DNA from: Adineta vaga
Lineage: Eukaryota; Animalia; Rotifera
Length of the DNA stretch: 64,000 nucleotides
Direction of reading: 5' to 3'
Assembly (NCBI GenBank): GCA_021613535.1
Contig: CP075494.1
Span: 9,362,001 to 9,426,000, forward strand
The translations under genes and the position numbers were made by a program. How positions within the stretch are numbered: position 1 is the first letter of the stretch; every line of letters begins with the position of its first letter. The notes beneath the pieces were generated by a model. It searched no databases, was not told the DNA's origin, and saw only the letters and a list, made by a program, of their open reading frames with translations. Shown here piece by piece: positions 50,233 through 62,766 of this stretch.

Positions 50233-51237
50233 ATGACAAATCAGACTGGTATTATTTCGTTTGAAAATTCGGAAATTTCCTGGCCACGTTCTCTTCGTTT
50301 TTGGCTTTTATTAATATCGGATATTCCATCAATAAGTTGTTCATTATTTGTTCTTTATCATTTATTAATCGATCGTAGATCTCGTCATGCACTTCATAAT
50401 CATACTGTTATCATTTTATTAACTATTGCACTTTGCTTTCAATTAACTGATATTCCCTGGTATCTAGATTTTATTCAACAAGGTCTTGTTCGACCACAAT
50501 CACCTTATCGTTGTCTTTTCTGGTGGTTAATTGATTTGGGATTTTATAATACAACGGCGCTGATTCTCGCATGGACTTCTATTGAACGACATATACTTGT
50601 CTTTCATGATCGATGGATATTAACTCGAAAGAGACGATTTTTTGTTCATTATCTTCCTTTATTAGTTCTCATCCTATATTCAACTATTTATTATACTTTT
50701 GTTATATTTTTTCCTCCATGTCAACATACTTATGTTTATACATTACCTGTTTGTGCTGCATCACCATGTCATCTTTTTCATCCAATATTAGGTTTGTGGG
50801 AAATGGGAATACATGGCTGTTTATCAACAATTATAGTGACATTTTTTAGTATTACTCTATTGATTCGAGTGATACGTCATAAACATCGACGACATCGAAT
50901 ATTTCATTGGAAACGTTATCGAAAAATGATTATTCAATTGCTATCAATCTCTGCACTTTATCTACTATTAAATTTTCCAATTATGATCTTGTCTGTAGCA
51001 CATCTGTGTGGTTTACCAGCGGATATTGGTGTTCAAGCACAACAGATTACGTTTTTTCTTTCTTATTGGGTCATGTTTCTTTTACCTTTCGTAACATTAT
51101 CTTCTCTACCGAGTTTACGAAAAAAGATCCATAAGATTGGTCTTTTAAAACGTCAACGTCGAAGTACGATGACTATAGCCATGCAAAGAATGATGAGTTT
51201 GGAGAAAAAGCCGGTACATTGTACATATAAAAAATGA
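50233..51237 (+). CDS. Intronless orphan rhodopsin-like 7TM GPCR
   Basis: Seven hydrophobic segments, a TM3 DRY-like motif AWTSIERHILVFH, a basic ICL3 (RVIRHKHRRHR..WKRYRKMIIQLLSIS) and TM7 LLPFV. Confidence 0.88.
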   Translation: MTNQTGIISFENSEISWPRSLRFWLLLISDIPSISCSLFVLYHLLIDRRSRHALHNHTVIILLTIALCFQLTDIPWYLDFIQQGLVRPQSPYRCLFWWLIDLGFYNTTALILAWTSIERHILVFHDRWILTRKRRFFVHYLPLLVLILYSTIYYTFVIFFPPCQHTYVYTLPVCAASPCHLFHPILGLWEMGIHGCLSTIIVTFFSITLLIRVIRHKHRRHRIFHWKRYRKMIIQLLSISALYLLLNFPIMILSVAHLCGLPADIGVQAQQITFFLSYWVMFLLPFVTLSSLPSLRKKIHKIGLLKRQRRSTMTIAMQRMMSLEKKPVHCTYKK

Positions 51238-52027
51238 TATCTATAAGTGAAATATTTCTTTCTTTGTCTTTCATAATAAATCTAATCAATCAATATGATA
51301 AAAATAGTTTTTTTTTGTTTCTATACGTCGCAAGAAAAACCAACTGAAAAAGATGATTCTTTCTAACGAACTGTCATTATTTTATATTAAGATTTCATCT
51401 GTTGGAAGCGAAAGAACAGAATAAATAAATGATTGAAATATATGCAGAAATGACTTTTACATAGGAAGAAAAAATGTTTGAGTCGATGAACAAAATATAA
51501 TCAAAATTTTAAGTTATACAAGATACAATTGCCTCCAATGAAAGGTAATAAATAAAACTTCGAGGTTATTTGTAAATAAACGAAATCTTATTTGAGTCTA
51601 TTCCAAAATAATTGAATCATATTATTGACTCAATGATATTGATCTTAATGGAGTTACAACGTTTGCCTTAGATTTTGAAATTAATCATTTATTAGATAAT
51701 TGCAATTAAATTTCTACAATAGTCTTAGTTTTTTCTTCGAAGAAGATTATCGCGATGTATAATCAAATGAAAGAAAAACTAATTTTTTATTTCTTTCCAA
51801 GATTCTACAGTTAATTTATGTAAGAATCAATATAATCAAATTATTTTTCAATTCAAAGATTCTTTATTGGGTTTCATCGCAACGCGAAACAAAAGTTTTT
51901 GTTATTGAATTTTTGATTGCAACAACGACTGATCCTCATCTTCGTAACAAACGAACGAACGAACAAATCAAAATACATATGTAATGATTTTCAATAACGA
52001 ACAAATTTCATTTCATCTTTCTTCACT

Positions 52028-54716
52028 ATGCAACAAAGAAAATTTCTTCTTAATTTCCATCTCCTTTCCTTCGTAAGTATGACATTTAATGATCAATCAT
52101 TTCATTTGATTTCAAATAGATCCTATGTTTCAATTCAATTCGAACAAATCTATGTCCAGCAACTCCTTCTTGCAATTGCACACTTTTGAATAATACAGAC
52201 TTAAACATTATATGTAACACAACAGTATCTCTAACTCAATTACCGTCTCTCGATCCGATTACTTTGCAAAGTACAGTAACTTCTTTACGTGTAATTTCAT
52301 CAACAACAGGTGCGATAGGTCCATTAATTCGATTACCAACAAATATCTGTTCGTATACAAGTTTGGCGATACTTGATCTCTCATCGAATAATATCAATGG
52401 TCTATTAAATACATCTGAATTGATTTGTATAAGTTCGACATTGATTTCTTTGGATTTTTCATCGAATAGTATTCAAAATATTAATTTAAATCTTTTGAAA
52501 TCTACACGAGTACTCAAATCAATCGATCTTTCTTACAATAATCTAACAACAATGCCCATAGTTGATCCAGCTATATTTGTTCAGTTTCCATCAACATTCG
52601 TCTCATTAAATATTAGTTTTAATCAATTAATCAATGTTGATCTTTGGCCTTTATTTGTTAAAACAAGTAGAATATAAACAGCAAATTGTTTTTATTCTTT
52701 TCTTTTTCTATTATTTAGAAAATACAATGACGATTGATTTAAGTCATAATCTCATTCAAGATTACACAAATCTTATTCCTGTTTCTGTTCAACAATTAAC
52801 TGAAACACCTGATCCACGATATTTCTATTTGAATAACAATCGTTTGACTTATCTATCCGATCTTTTACTTGAACAATACGATGCATGTTCAATAGATTCA
52901 TCTAGTAGAGCTTTCTTCATCGTTGGAATATCTAATATTTTATTAACACAAAATCAATTGATATGTGATTGTGCATCGTATAATTTAATAACATATATCA
53001 ATGAAAATCTTAATGATTTTCCAGATATTTTCAATGGATCTGCTTTATTAACACAAACGATATGTTCAGATCCGAATGGACAAAAATATCTTTCTACTGA
53101 TTTTAGTCAATATAATAATTGTGAAAATTATGTCTTACCAAATATTTCAAATATTTTCTGTTCAGTTGCCAAGAATGATACGAGAGTAACATTAACACCT
53201 CCGACATATTGGCCAACAACAACAACAACAGCAACTTCAAATGGTTATGAAACTGATTCAAATGTAGGAACAGGAGTAAGTTTTCATTCGATTTAGTTTT
53301 TCGTATTGAAAGATTAGAATGATCGTACTAAGGGTTCATCAACTTCAATAGCTTGGTATATCATTTTGGGTATTATTCTTGGGATAGTTCTTATTCTAGC
53401 GATCGTCATTGTAGTTTGTTATTTATGTCGATATCGTTTCTGTCCGAAAAAATATCATTCAAATATTTTGAGTCATGTTCGAACGGATGGAAATAATAAT
53501 TATGAAGCAATGACTCACACAAGTATGAATTCTTCACAGAAAAATTCAACATTAAATGATACTAAACCACAACGTGCTTCAATGTCAACATCAGTCGATG
53601 GATTTGATGGCACAGAACGATCGGTAAGATGATCATATTATTATTTTTAATCATTCTTCTTTTTTTTTCATTTGATTTTATGAAATAGAGTAAGGATGGT
53701 GGTTTACATTCAAATTTAAAAGCACGAAGACATCGAAAATGTATGTAACGTATATCCTATGTCTTTAGTTATATTATTAAGAATGATCAGATTTTTATAT
53801 CAGTTGAATGTACGTAAACATTCATCAAGATTGGAGACACGATCGATAGTCGAGGCCTCAACATACATTTCAATTGATTTCTATCATAGCTGATTGATAT
53901 GCAGCTTATCTCTATGCAATGATTGACATGAAGGTCTTTCTATTGAAACCGACCGAAACTGACAGAATGATTCGATCCTGATAGAAGTTTAATTGCAATT
54001 CACATCAAAATCAAAATTTGTACAAGATATATTCTCTTGTATTTCTTCATTTAGTTTCAAATAATGATATTCATCCTGATCAAGAAACTCAAACAAATGT
54101 TCATCCAAATCGTCCTAAACTATCGAATGGTCGTCTACTTTCTACTCGTCATTCTCAACAACCAACAAACACCGATAGACATAGTGAAAATAGTCTACCA
54201 CTTCCAGCAGCCATTGATGTTGCTACAAATACAGCAAATGGTGTAAAAGGTATTCCAATATCGGCATTACCAATCAAACCTCCACCTACATCTCCACATC
54301 CTGTCGATACAAGTACATCAGAATTAAGCATTACATCCATTCCGATAGCACCATCAAAACGTGCGAAAATTTTACCACAAATCAAAGTTGGTAATTTGAT
54401 TGATGCAACAAATGACAATTTATTGAATACATCCGCTGGTGCATCGATAACGAGCCAAAGACAGCGACGGCGTAGTTCATTATGGACTCGAAAACAGCAT
54501 CAAAATATGATGCCTCCTTTACCTCCTCGTCCGCAATCAATGATAACGCACAGAACAAATTTTGATAATGATGAATCCTTTGATGACGATCTACCCGCTA
54601 TACCAACTGTTGAAAGTTTAACAAACAAATCATCGAAACCTTTACGAACTGTGCCGCTACTAAATATATCTGTTGTACCTGCATGGGTAGATCAAACATC
54701 AGATGAACTCAATTAA
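52028..54716 (+). CDS. Type I membrane leucine-rich-repeat protein (signal peptide, LRRNT, LRRs, LRRCT, TM, long disordered cytoplasmic tail)
   Basis: CPATPSCNC LRRNT, LxxLDLSxNxI repeats, NQLICDC LRRCT, a Thr-rich stalk and TM IAWYIILGIILGIVLILAIVIVVCYLC. Exons join in frame. No TIR or kinase domain is visible. Confidence 0.88.
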
Positions 54717-55141
54717 TTTTCAATTTTTGTAATATATGTTCTATAATAAAACAATCTTTGTTCAATGACAATTTATTGAATAATGAAACGTTTTTTTTTG
54801 TGTTTCTTTTTTGTTTGTTTGTTGACGATTTATTTAAAAAGATGATTTCGACAATAATAAAACACATCAAATCAATTTTTCTAAAACCTACGAAGTTTTT
54901 GACGTATGTATGTGTGTCTGTGTGTATATATATTTTCAAATGATATAAATCGATTATGTTGTTTTATTCTCACTTCTAGCAAAAGATCTTCTAACAGAAA
55001 ATGAAATCTATCATCCAAAATGAAAGAAAGAAAGAAAGTATCGAATAAATAATAAGATGAAGTGAAAGAAAACTAGCCTAGGACGGATGATATGATAGAA
55101 AACGAGCTTAAATATTCTTTATTTCTCTATACATTTAACTA

Positions 55142-56569
55142 TTAATTTGGTACAACTTGTCCAAGTCCACTTTGTTGAAGAATATTTGCTACAGCTGGAT
55201 TAGCACCATCGAATAAAGCTGCTTGATATATACTGTTATTAGTACCTCCAACCTGATTTCCATAACTTGCTTGATAATTAGCTGACGCTGAATACGCTTG
55301 TCCACCTTGGTTTTGTTGAGAACTACCTTGCGCCCATTGTCGAAATTCATCTCGACTAATTGAACCATCTTGATTCGCATCAGCTTGATTGAATATAGCT
55401 CGAGCAACATCAAATTGTTGTCCATCAGTACCAGCATAAGAATTATTTGCAGCATTAAAATCGTAACTATCACCTTGACTACCTGCATTTATGGTTCGAG
55501 CAGTATTAAACATATGTTGTTGATAATTAAGTGAATCGACAGTTGTATATGCTGGCCGAACATTAATGCCGGGTGGTAATTGCCCATTGTTAAAATCACC
55601 ACCTGATTGAAAAGCAACATTAAATCCTGCCATAGCACCGTAATCAATATCTAAAATAACATCTTTGAATGCATCTGGACCAAGTAATTCATTATAAACT
55701 TGAGATGCAGGAATTTGATTAGGAAATCTTAAGAAAAGACAAAAAAAAACTGTTTGCCGGTCATTGATTCGACTTCAGATATATTTACTGTGTTTGTTGC
55801 TGTTGTTGAAATTGTCCACCAGCAGCGCTATTACCACCCTGTTGAGCCCATGTATTGAATTCATCTCGACTAATTGAACCATCTTTATTAGTATCGGCTT
55901 GATTGAATATAGCTTTAGCAGCATCAAAACGTGGTTGCTGATGAGATGAAGTAGCAGCTGACACTGATAATGATCCAGCACTCGATGATGTTGTTGATCC
56001 ACCTAAAAGAAGTTTTATTTATTTGTGAAAAATGACTCATAGAAATATTCATATTTACTATAAGGACTAATTTCTGGTTGCATACCGCGTTGTTGATATT
56101 GTTGTTGTGCTGCTGCGACATCAATTTGAATAGGTTGTTGGTTGATGTTTCCTGCACTAGACGGTGGTTGAGTTGGATAACCAACTGGTCTTTGTGGCCC
56201 AAAAACACCAATACCTGTACCTCCTTGTTGTTGTTGTTGTAAACCAGGTGGTCGAATAATTGGAATACCACCAGCTAATTGTGGTTGTGTATTTACCGTT
56301 CCTGTCGAGAAGCCAGTAGCAACACTAGCTGAATCAAAAGTTGTATGTGTTCTTGCTTGTGATAGATGACTTGCTGTTGGTGATGCACTTCGTACTGTTG
56401 TTGTATCAGCAATAGAAGTTCCATCTATTGTGTTTGTTGGGGAATCTTGACGTAAATGTGATTCTGTCCGAGTGATATCTCCAGATGTTTCACTTGTAGC
56501 ACGAATACGTTCCGATGTGATTTCCGTTTCTGAAGATGATGACGAAGATGATGTACTACGTGTTGTCAT
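55142..56569 (-). CDS. Low-complexity S/T/Q/G-rich protein with two isolated EF-hands; exons 56059-56569, 55789-56002, 55142-55727
   Basis: Two modules, FDAAKAIFNQADTNKDGSISRDEFNTWAQ and FDVARAIFNQADANQDGSISRDEFRQWAQ, with canonical Ca2+-binding loops. Confidence 0.85.
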
Positions 56570-57624
56570 GATGTTTGTAAAGTAAAAGAATGTAGTCGAT
56601 TATTTCAAGGTTAAATTGTTGTATAGTGCAAACTATCGTGACCACGAGAATAAAATAAGAAACGAAAAAGAAGTTATCGTTGATAACTAGAAGAAATCTT
56701 CGAAGCGTAACGAGCAACAAGAACGAAGGTAAAATGACTGTGGAGAAAAAGAAAATTGAGCTCACATGCGTGCACTTGTTGAAGATATATACAGATACAG
56801 ATATATACATCTCAAATTGAACACTTTACCTTGTTCGTTTCAACCGTGAGATTGAAGTAATTAGGAAAAATGATTTTGTAATTTTTCTTTTCAACATTTT
56901 TGTTCACGCTTTTTTCTTCATGATCAAAAGTTCAATGAATATTTCGATAGATGTCACAAATATCTGATTTCTAATAGATTCTTGTCATCCAGCACCGGAA
57001 AATGATTTAGAAATTTATACTATAGATGAATACTTTCGTCTCACATATGCTAATTTTGTTTTGTACATAACTATATCACATTCTCACATTCCATTTTGTT
57101 CACATATCTAACTTCAATATCATATCATCTAGTAACAAGTGGGAAAAAAAGCTTCATTAATATTATGACTTGTTACTTGCGTAGGATGGGAAAGTGCTTC
57201 ATATTTTTTATGAGTATGTTTTTTTTTCTTCTTTGAAAATATATCTGAAGATTGCATTGGCATATTTTTTATTTTTTCTGTTCTTTCATCCATTATTTTT
57301 ACACAGAAACAAAACAAGCTGTTACAACCATCATTAACAGTTTACGTCGTGTCACTTGTACGTAGTGTATGCCCACTCTCTTTCTCTTCTGTCTCTCTTT
57401 TTTTCTCTCCATATATATATATATATATATATACATGATTCCTTAAAACTATTAGTTTATTCGTAATATGGCACAAAACAATCTTTATTACCGATTAAAC
57501 TCACGTAAACTGAGGAGGATCAATTTCTTCTATTATCTAATCTTTACATATATATGTTAAAACATCATCATTTTAGATTTATTCATTTTAGATTGAATAT
57601 TATTTAGTCTTATCAAACATACCA

Positions 57625-58374
57625 ATGAATACTTCACACGTTATGTCAATAGGATTATTCCTTGTTACTCTTCTAGGTAATATTTTCAATATTTTTAAGA
57701 AAAAAGCTTTGAAAAATTGCGCTGCTTTTTTTGACGTTTACTTTTCTTTTACTCTGCTTTACCTTGAAAAAACTATTGCTTCCACTTTTCTATAGTTGCA
57801 TCATGCTGGGGTGCAGCTACTAACGGTAATGAAATTAACTCGACCTATTCAGCAACGACTGCAACAACTACATCTAATATCATTACTAATGCACCAACAA
57901 CTAAACTAAGTAAAGATTCTAAAGAAAACTGCTTTGCTTTTATTTGACGATTTTTCTTTCTCATTTTTATGTATTATTGAAATAGCTAATTATTTATTCA
58001 TTTAGCTACAACTGCACCAATTACTACTGCTCAAACAACAAGCAATGATTCAACTGTAGTTACAACTGCTTGACTAGTGTAATATACACTGCTACAACAA
58101 GCAATGCTACAACATTTCCAAACACAACAACAACATCAACTACTACTACTACTACTACAGCAAAATCATCTACAACACCGGTCAAACCTATCGGTAGAGA
58201 TATTTTGGACTTTTGCAAAACGAAAAATAATTTTCTTTTTCTTAAGGTCGTAAATTTGATGGTCTTTCATTTGTTGGTGGAATGATTCTCGCAACTGGAT
58301 TAAGTGCTATCATCTATCTAGTTGTTAGTTATTTACGTCGAAATAATCAGTTACCATATTCAAATTTAAGTTAA
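57625..58374 (+). CDS. Sialomucin of the CD164/porimin (TMEM123) family, 4 exons
   Basis: Signal peptide, a Thr-rich mucin ectodomain, the juxtamembrane motif KFDGLSFVGGMIL, a TM segment and a C-terminal YSNL (YxxPhi) endolysosomal sorting signal. Confidence 0.85.
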
Positions 58375-59407
58375 AATATTCTAAGAATGATTTCTTTTTC
58401 TCTACTCTTCTTTGGTGTCTAAAAATGCATTTATACTGTAAAAGTGGTTGTGAATGTTGATTTATTATTATTATTACTTTTTTTCTCTCCACGAAAACTA
58501 GAAACTTAATAACGTGTGATAAATTTATATTTCTATAAGCAGTAAGAGACACTTTAAAAAGAACAGTAAATGTATGTTTTCTTTGGCTTTGAAATGTACT
58601 TGAGAATGTTATCGAAATAAAATTGTAAAAATCAATGATGTAAAATCTAGCGAACATCTATATTAAAATAATAATAATAAATCAACAGTTTGTTGTGCAA
58701 AGATAATGTTTTATTAGAAATTAGATCTGTTTGGATGAATAAAGACAACAAATGTTTAATTGAGGAAAAGAAAATAAGTCATATGATACCTGAAGATATC
58801 TTTAGTTGCTGTTTGTGAATCGTTTCAATGGATAGGAGTTTTTAGGACGGACATACAATCAGATAGGAATATTTCGAATGAAAGATATTGAGATCCAAAG
58901 AGGTAGAATTACATGAAAGATGACAAGTTCGAATATCCTATCATCAAAATAAATAGAACAATCAATCGTTATTATAGCCCACAGATACGAAGAAAACAAT
59001 CTTTGATTTTATTCGGTTACACATCTGTAAAATATAATTTCCATGGCCTAATCTCTTTGTAAATGACATTTCAATTAGATTACATCTAAAAACATACTTT
59101 CATTAATGTGGTGTCATTGCAATGCTCTACAGAGGGAGCATCTATTTTTAATATAATAAGCCTTACAAGACAGTTTAATCAATTCAACTTTACATCAGAG
59201 ATGAATGTTGATAAAGTGTGAATGAACCATAAAATATCACTAACCTTGCAAATCAGTTTGATAAAAGTAAAAATGTCGCTGAAATTGAACAAAGAGATGA
59301 ATAGTTTCATGTAGAGTCATGATTATTTTGAGAAATGAGTACTTCATATTTTTAAATTATTTTCAAAACACGCGCTTAGAAATAAACTTTTTTTTCCCTG
59401 GAAACTA

Positions 59408-59899
59408 ATGGTAATTAGTTTTTTAACCTATCGTTTATTATCCATTCTCATTGGTATTCTTTATCCCTCGTATCAAACTTATAAATCTCTAAAATATCAA
59501 TGCTATGATCAATATCAATCGTTATTATGTTATTGGATTTCTTTTAGTCTATTTCATATATTTGAATTAATCTTCGATCAATTGTTTTCATTAATTATCC
59601 CTTTTTATTATGAATTGAAATTATTTCTTGTTTTTTGGTTAACTTATAAAAATATTTCTCAATTATTATTCTATCAATTTATTTTAATATACTTAAATAG
59701 ATATGAAAATGATATTGACTATTTATTTAATAATACTATACATCGATTAACAGATATTTGTTTGAAATTGATTGTTTTTATATTAAATCAACAACGAACG
59801 ATTTCAACAGATGATCGAATTGAAAAATCAAATGAACAATTTCGAATTAAAACAAATTTTGCTTCACAATATCGACGAATGAATTCAATACAACGATAA
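59408..59899 (+). CDS. REEP/DP1/HVA22 family ER-shaping protein (REEP1-4-like), intronless
   Basis: MVISFLTYRLLSILIGILYPSYQTYKSLK...YWI...IPFYYELKLFLVFWL...YENDID. Confidence 0.85.
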   Translation: MVISFLTYRLLSILIGILYPSYQTYKSLKYQCYDQYQSLLCYWISFSLFHIFELIFDQLFSLIIPFYYELKLFLVFWLTYKNISQLLFYQFILIYLNRYENDIDYLFNNTIHRLTDICLKLIVFILNQQRTISTDDRIEKSNEQFRIKTNFASQYRRMNSIQR

Positions 59900-60136
59900 T
59901 ATGAAATGATCATCAGTCGTTGAATATTCTCATTTTCAATATGTATCATTTTGTAAGAAAGAGTGAAACTTGAATATAAGTTTGCACAAGTAGTCGATGA
60001 ACATACTTCTATTTTACTTAAACTAAGATTACGTATTTGTAAAGAAAATTCACCGTTGCTGTTTATATTTATGTTTTAAAAACTTAAACTTCTGTACATT
60101 ATAAACTCACCAATAAAAAAAAACACACGAAATTAT

Positions 60137-61542
60137 TTATCTTTCATCTTCATCATCACTCCATTCATCTCTATTCAAAATCTGTCCTAATGATCTAGTT
60201 GTATCATATCTTCGTTCTTGAGTTTTCATCGATAATTCATAATCATCTTGTTGTTTCTTCATCGCTGCCCAAACAAGTATATCATCCGAACATGAATAAA
60301 GTTCAACGGATACACGATTGTATATACAAGTACTAACAGGCATTAAATGTCCACTTAATGTTGTTAAACGTTGTCCAGAAAAAACATCATAAACACGAAT
60401 AAATTTACCACATGGAACATAAACAAGACTTTTAGTTCGATCATGTTGCATTTGTGCACATGCAATTGTTAACATACGAATATTATTCGTTGTTATTGGT
60501 CCATAATTCACAAGTAAACGTTGACCATTATTAATATTCCATAGATACATTAAATCATCTGAACCAACTGTTAATAAATGTGTATTATCGGAGAGGAATT
60601 CGAGAGATTTTATACCACGATGATGAGCAACTGAAGATACAGTTGTTGTACGAGGTTTGACTTGTTCATTATCGGTTAGAATATTATCACGATCAAGTGA
60701 CATGTAATGAACACGAGAACTACGAATATCTGTAAATAGAACTCGACCATCAACTCTAGAAGAAAAAAAGATTGCATAATGATCTAGACTATATTATTTA
60801 CCCTCCACTTGCTAATAAATATGGACTATGATTGAACCATTTGACGAGACAAACTCCTTTTTTATTATGTGAATGAATAATATGTGAATTGGAACCAGTT
60901 CGAATATCAATCAAACGTAAATCTCCATTTTCATGAGCTACTGCAATAGTTGATGTATTTGTTGTTGATGGCATGTGAGCTGAATAAGCGAAATTATTAA
61001 ATTCATAATCATCAACCATCTAAACATCAATTCGATTTTTTATCTTAAATTATTTCGTTCTCATTCTCTTACTTTCACTCGATTTGTATCCCATATTTTC
61101 AATTTTTTATCTAGACCAAGTGTGATAAACATTCCATTATCATTCGGATACCATAGAAGTGAACAGATACTATGTGTATGATGATCTCGATTTGAATTTC
61201 GATCAATTTGAAAGACAATGGGATGTGTTGCAACAAGACTTGAAGGAAACATATCATGACAACAAATATGTCCATTAGAACCACCGGATAAAAGACTGAA
61301 ATAAACATTTCAATCAACAAATTATTTCATTTTGTTATCAGTATAACTTACTAACGATATTCTGATTGATCGAGATGCATGGTTGATATTGAAGAATGAT
61401 GATAGGTGGTTAAATTGCGATATTTACATAGAGTAAAATTAGCAAGATGTCGGGTTCGTTCAATATGAATAAAAGCATGCTCGAGACCATATTCACGTGC
61501 ACGTAGAAGATTGATACGATTTGGTACACGATATTTATCCAT
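60137..61542 (-). CDS. ERCC8: DNA excision repair protein ERCC8/CSA (WD40), 4 exons
   Basis: LLRAREYG, LDQSEYRYLLSGGSNG, WYPNDNGMF, LKIWDTN, LIDIRTGSNSH, LLTVGSDDLMYLWN, LLVNYG, ELYSCSDD and C-terminal DEWSDD. Confidence 0.9.
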
Positions 61543-61851
61543 AATTGATCTCGAAAAAAGTAAGATCTAATGAAGATTTCCAACAATGATTCTTACTCAA
61601 TCAGAAAATCATCATTTTGACATATTGAAATTTTCTTAATGATTTTATTGGTTAGAATCCTTCAATAAAAACTAAAGTATTTGATTGATTTTAGAAACTT
61701 AATCATCTCTTTATTTATATGATTATTTTCATAAATAATCTTTTCTTTGTTCATTTTTTTCTTGAAATATTCTAGATGTCACTCATTGCTATCGTCTTTG
61801 TTCGCGTTTCAACGTTCAAATTGTCATTCATTCATTCATTCATACAATTCA

Positions 61852-62587
61852 ATGGCTCTACAACTTCTCGAAGCTACACTTACTCAAGGTCCATCGTGTT
61901 CAGGTGATGATATTGCTGAACTTGAAGTTCATGTTCGAAATGAAATCGAACGTTATGTTCAATTAGAAATTGAACGAGAACTTCATGAACTTGTTCAATC
62001 AACAAAAGATAATTCATTGTTAACACCGACAATATGTTCTACATATTTATCCGGTGGTGAAATTAGTAATGAAACATCGAAAAAACGTATTAAAAATGAT
62101 AGCGATGCAGCAAAAGCCAATGCTAAAACCAGTATGGAACTTGATCAACAATTAACAGAATTAAAAAACAAATATTTAACAGTAAGATTATTCATAAAAA
62201 TAGTAGGCGAAAGTTGTCGTTGTTTTATTTCTATAGAAAATTGCTGGACCATTAGCAACATTAGAAGCTTTAAAACTTATTATTGAAAAACAAACGAATG
62301 AAAAAACTGACTTAGAAAATGAAATCAATAAACTTAAACAATTATATGAAGAATATAGTCAATATGATGAATATTCAACAAAAATGTTAGAAAATATTAA
62401 AATTCTTAATCAAACACAATTAGCTGTATTAAAACATGAATCAATTACTGATTCTTCTATCTCCAATGATAACAATATTGATATTGATCAATTCGAAAAT
62501 CTATCTACTTTATTATTTCATAAAATCTTGCATTTACCTTTAGTTGATATGAAAGCTAAACATTTACATAAACCAGAAAAGAAATAA
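61852..62587 (+). CDS. Short coiled-coil protein, possibly HAUS4/augmin-like; intron 62182-62236
   Basis: Two exons join in frame (KNKYLT|KIAGPLATLEALK...KLKQLYEEYSQYDE). The family assignment is weak. Confidence 0.65.
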
Positions 62588-62766
62588 AATGTACATACTT
62601 TCTTTGCTATATAAATAAAGTCTATTCTATGAGAATTTCATTTAATTTTTGCTACTAAATATTTTAAAACCGATTTATATATTTATTTGATCACTGTATA
62701 AAAGAAAAGAAAACAAAGACAAAAATAGAAGAAAGAAAGAAAAGATTCTCAACAACCCATTTCCGA

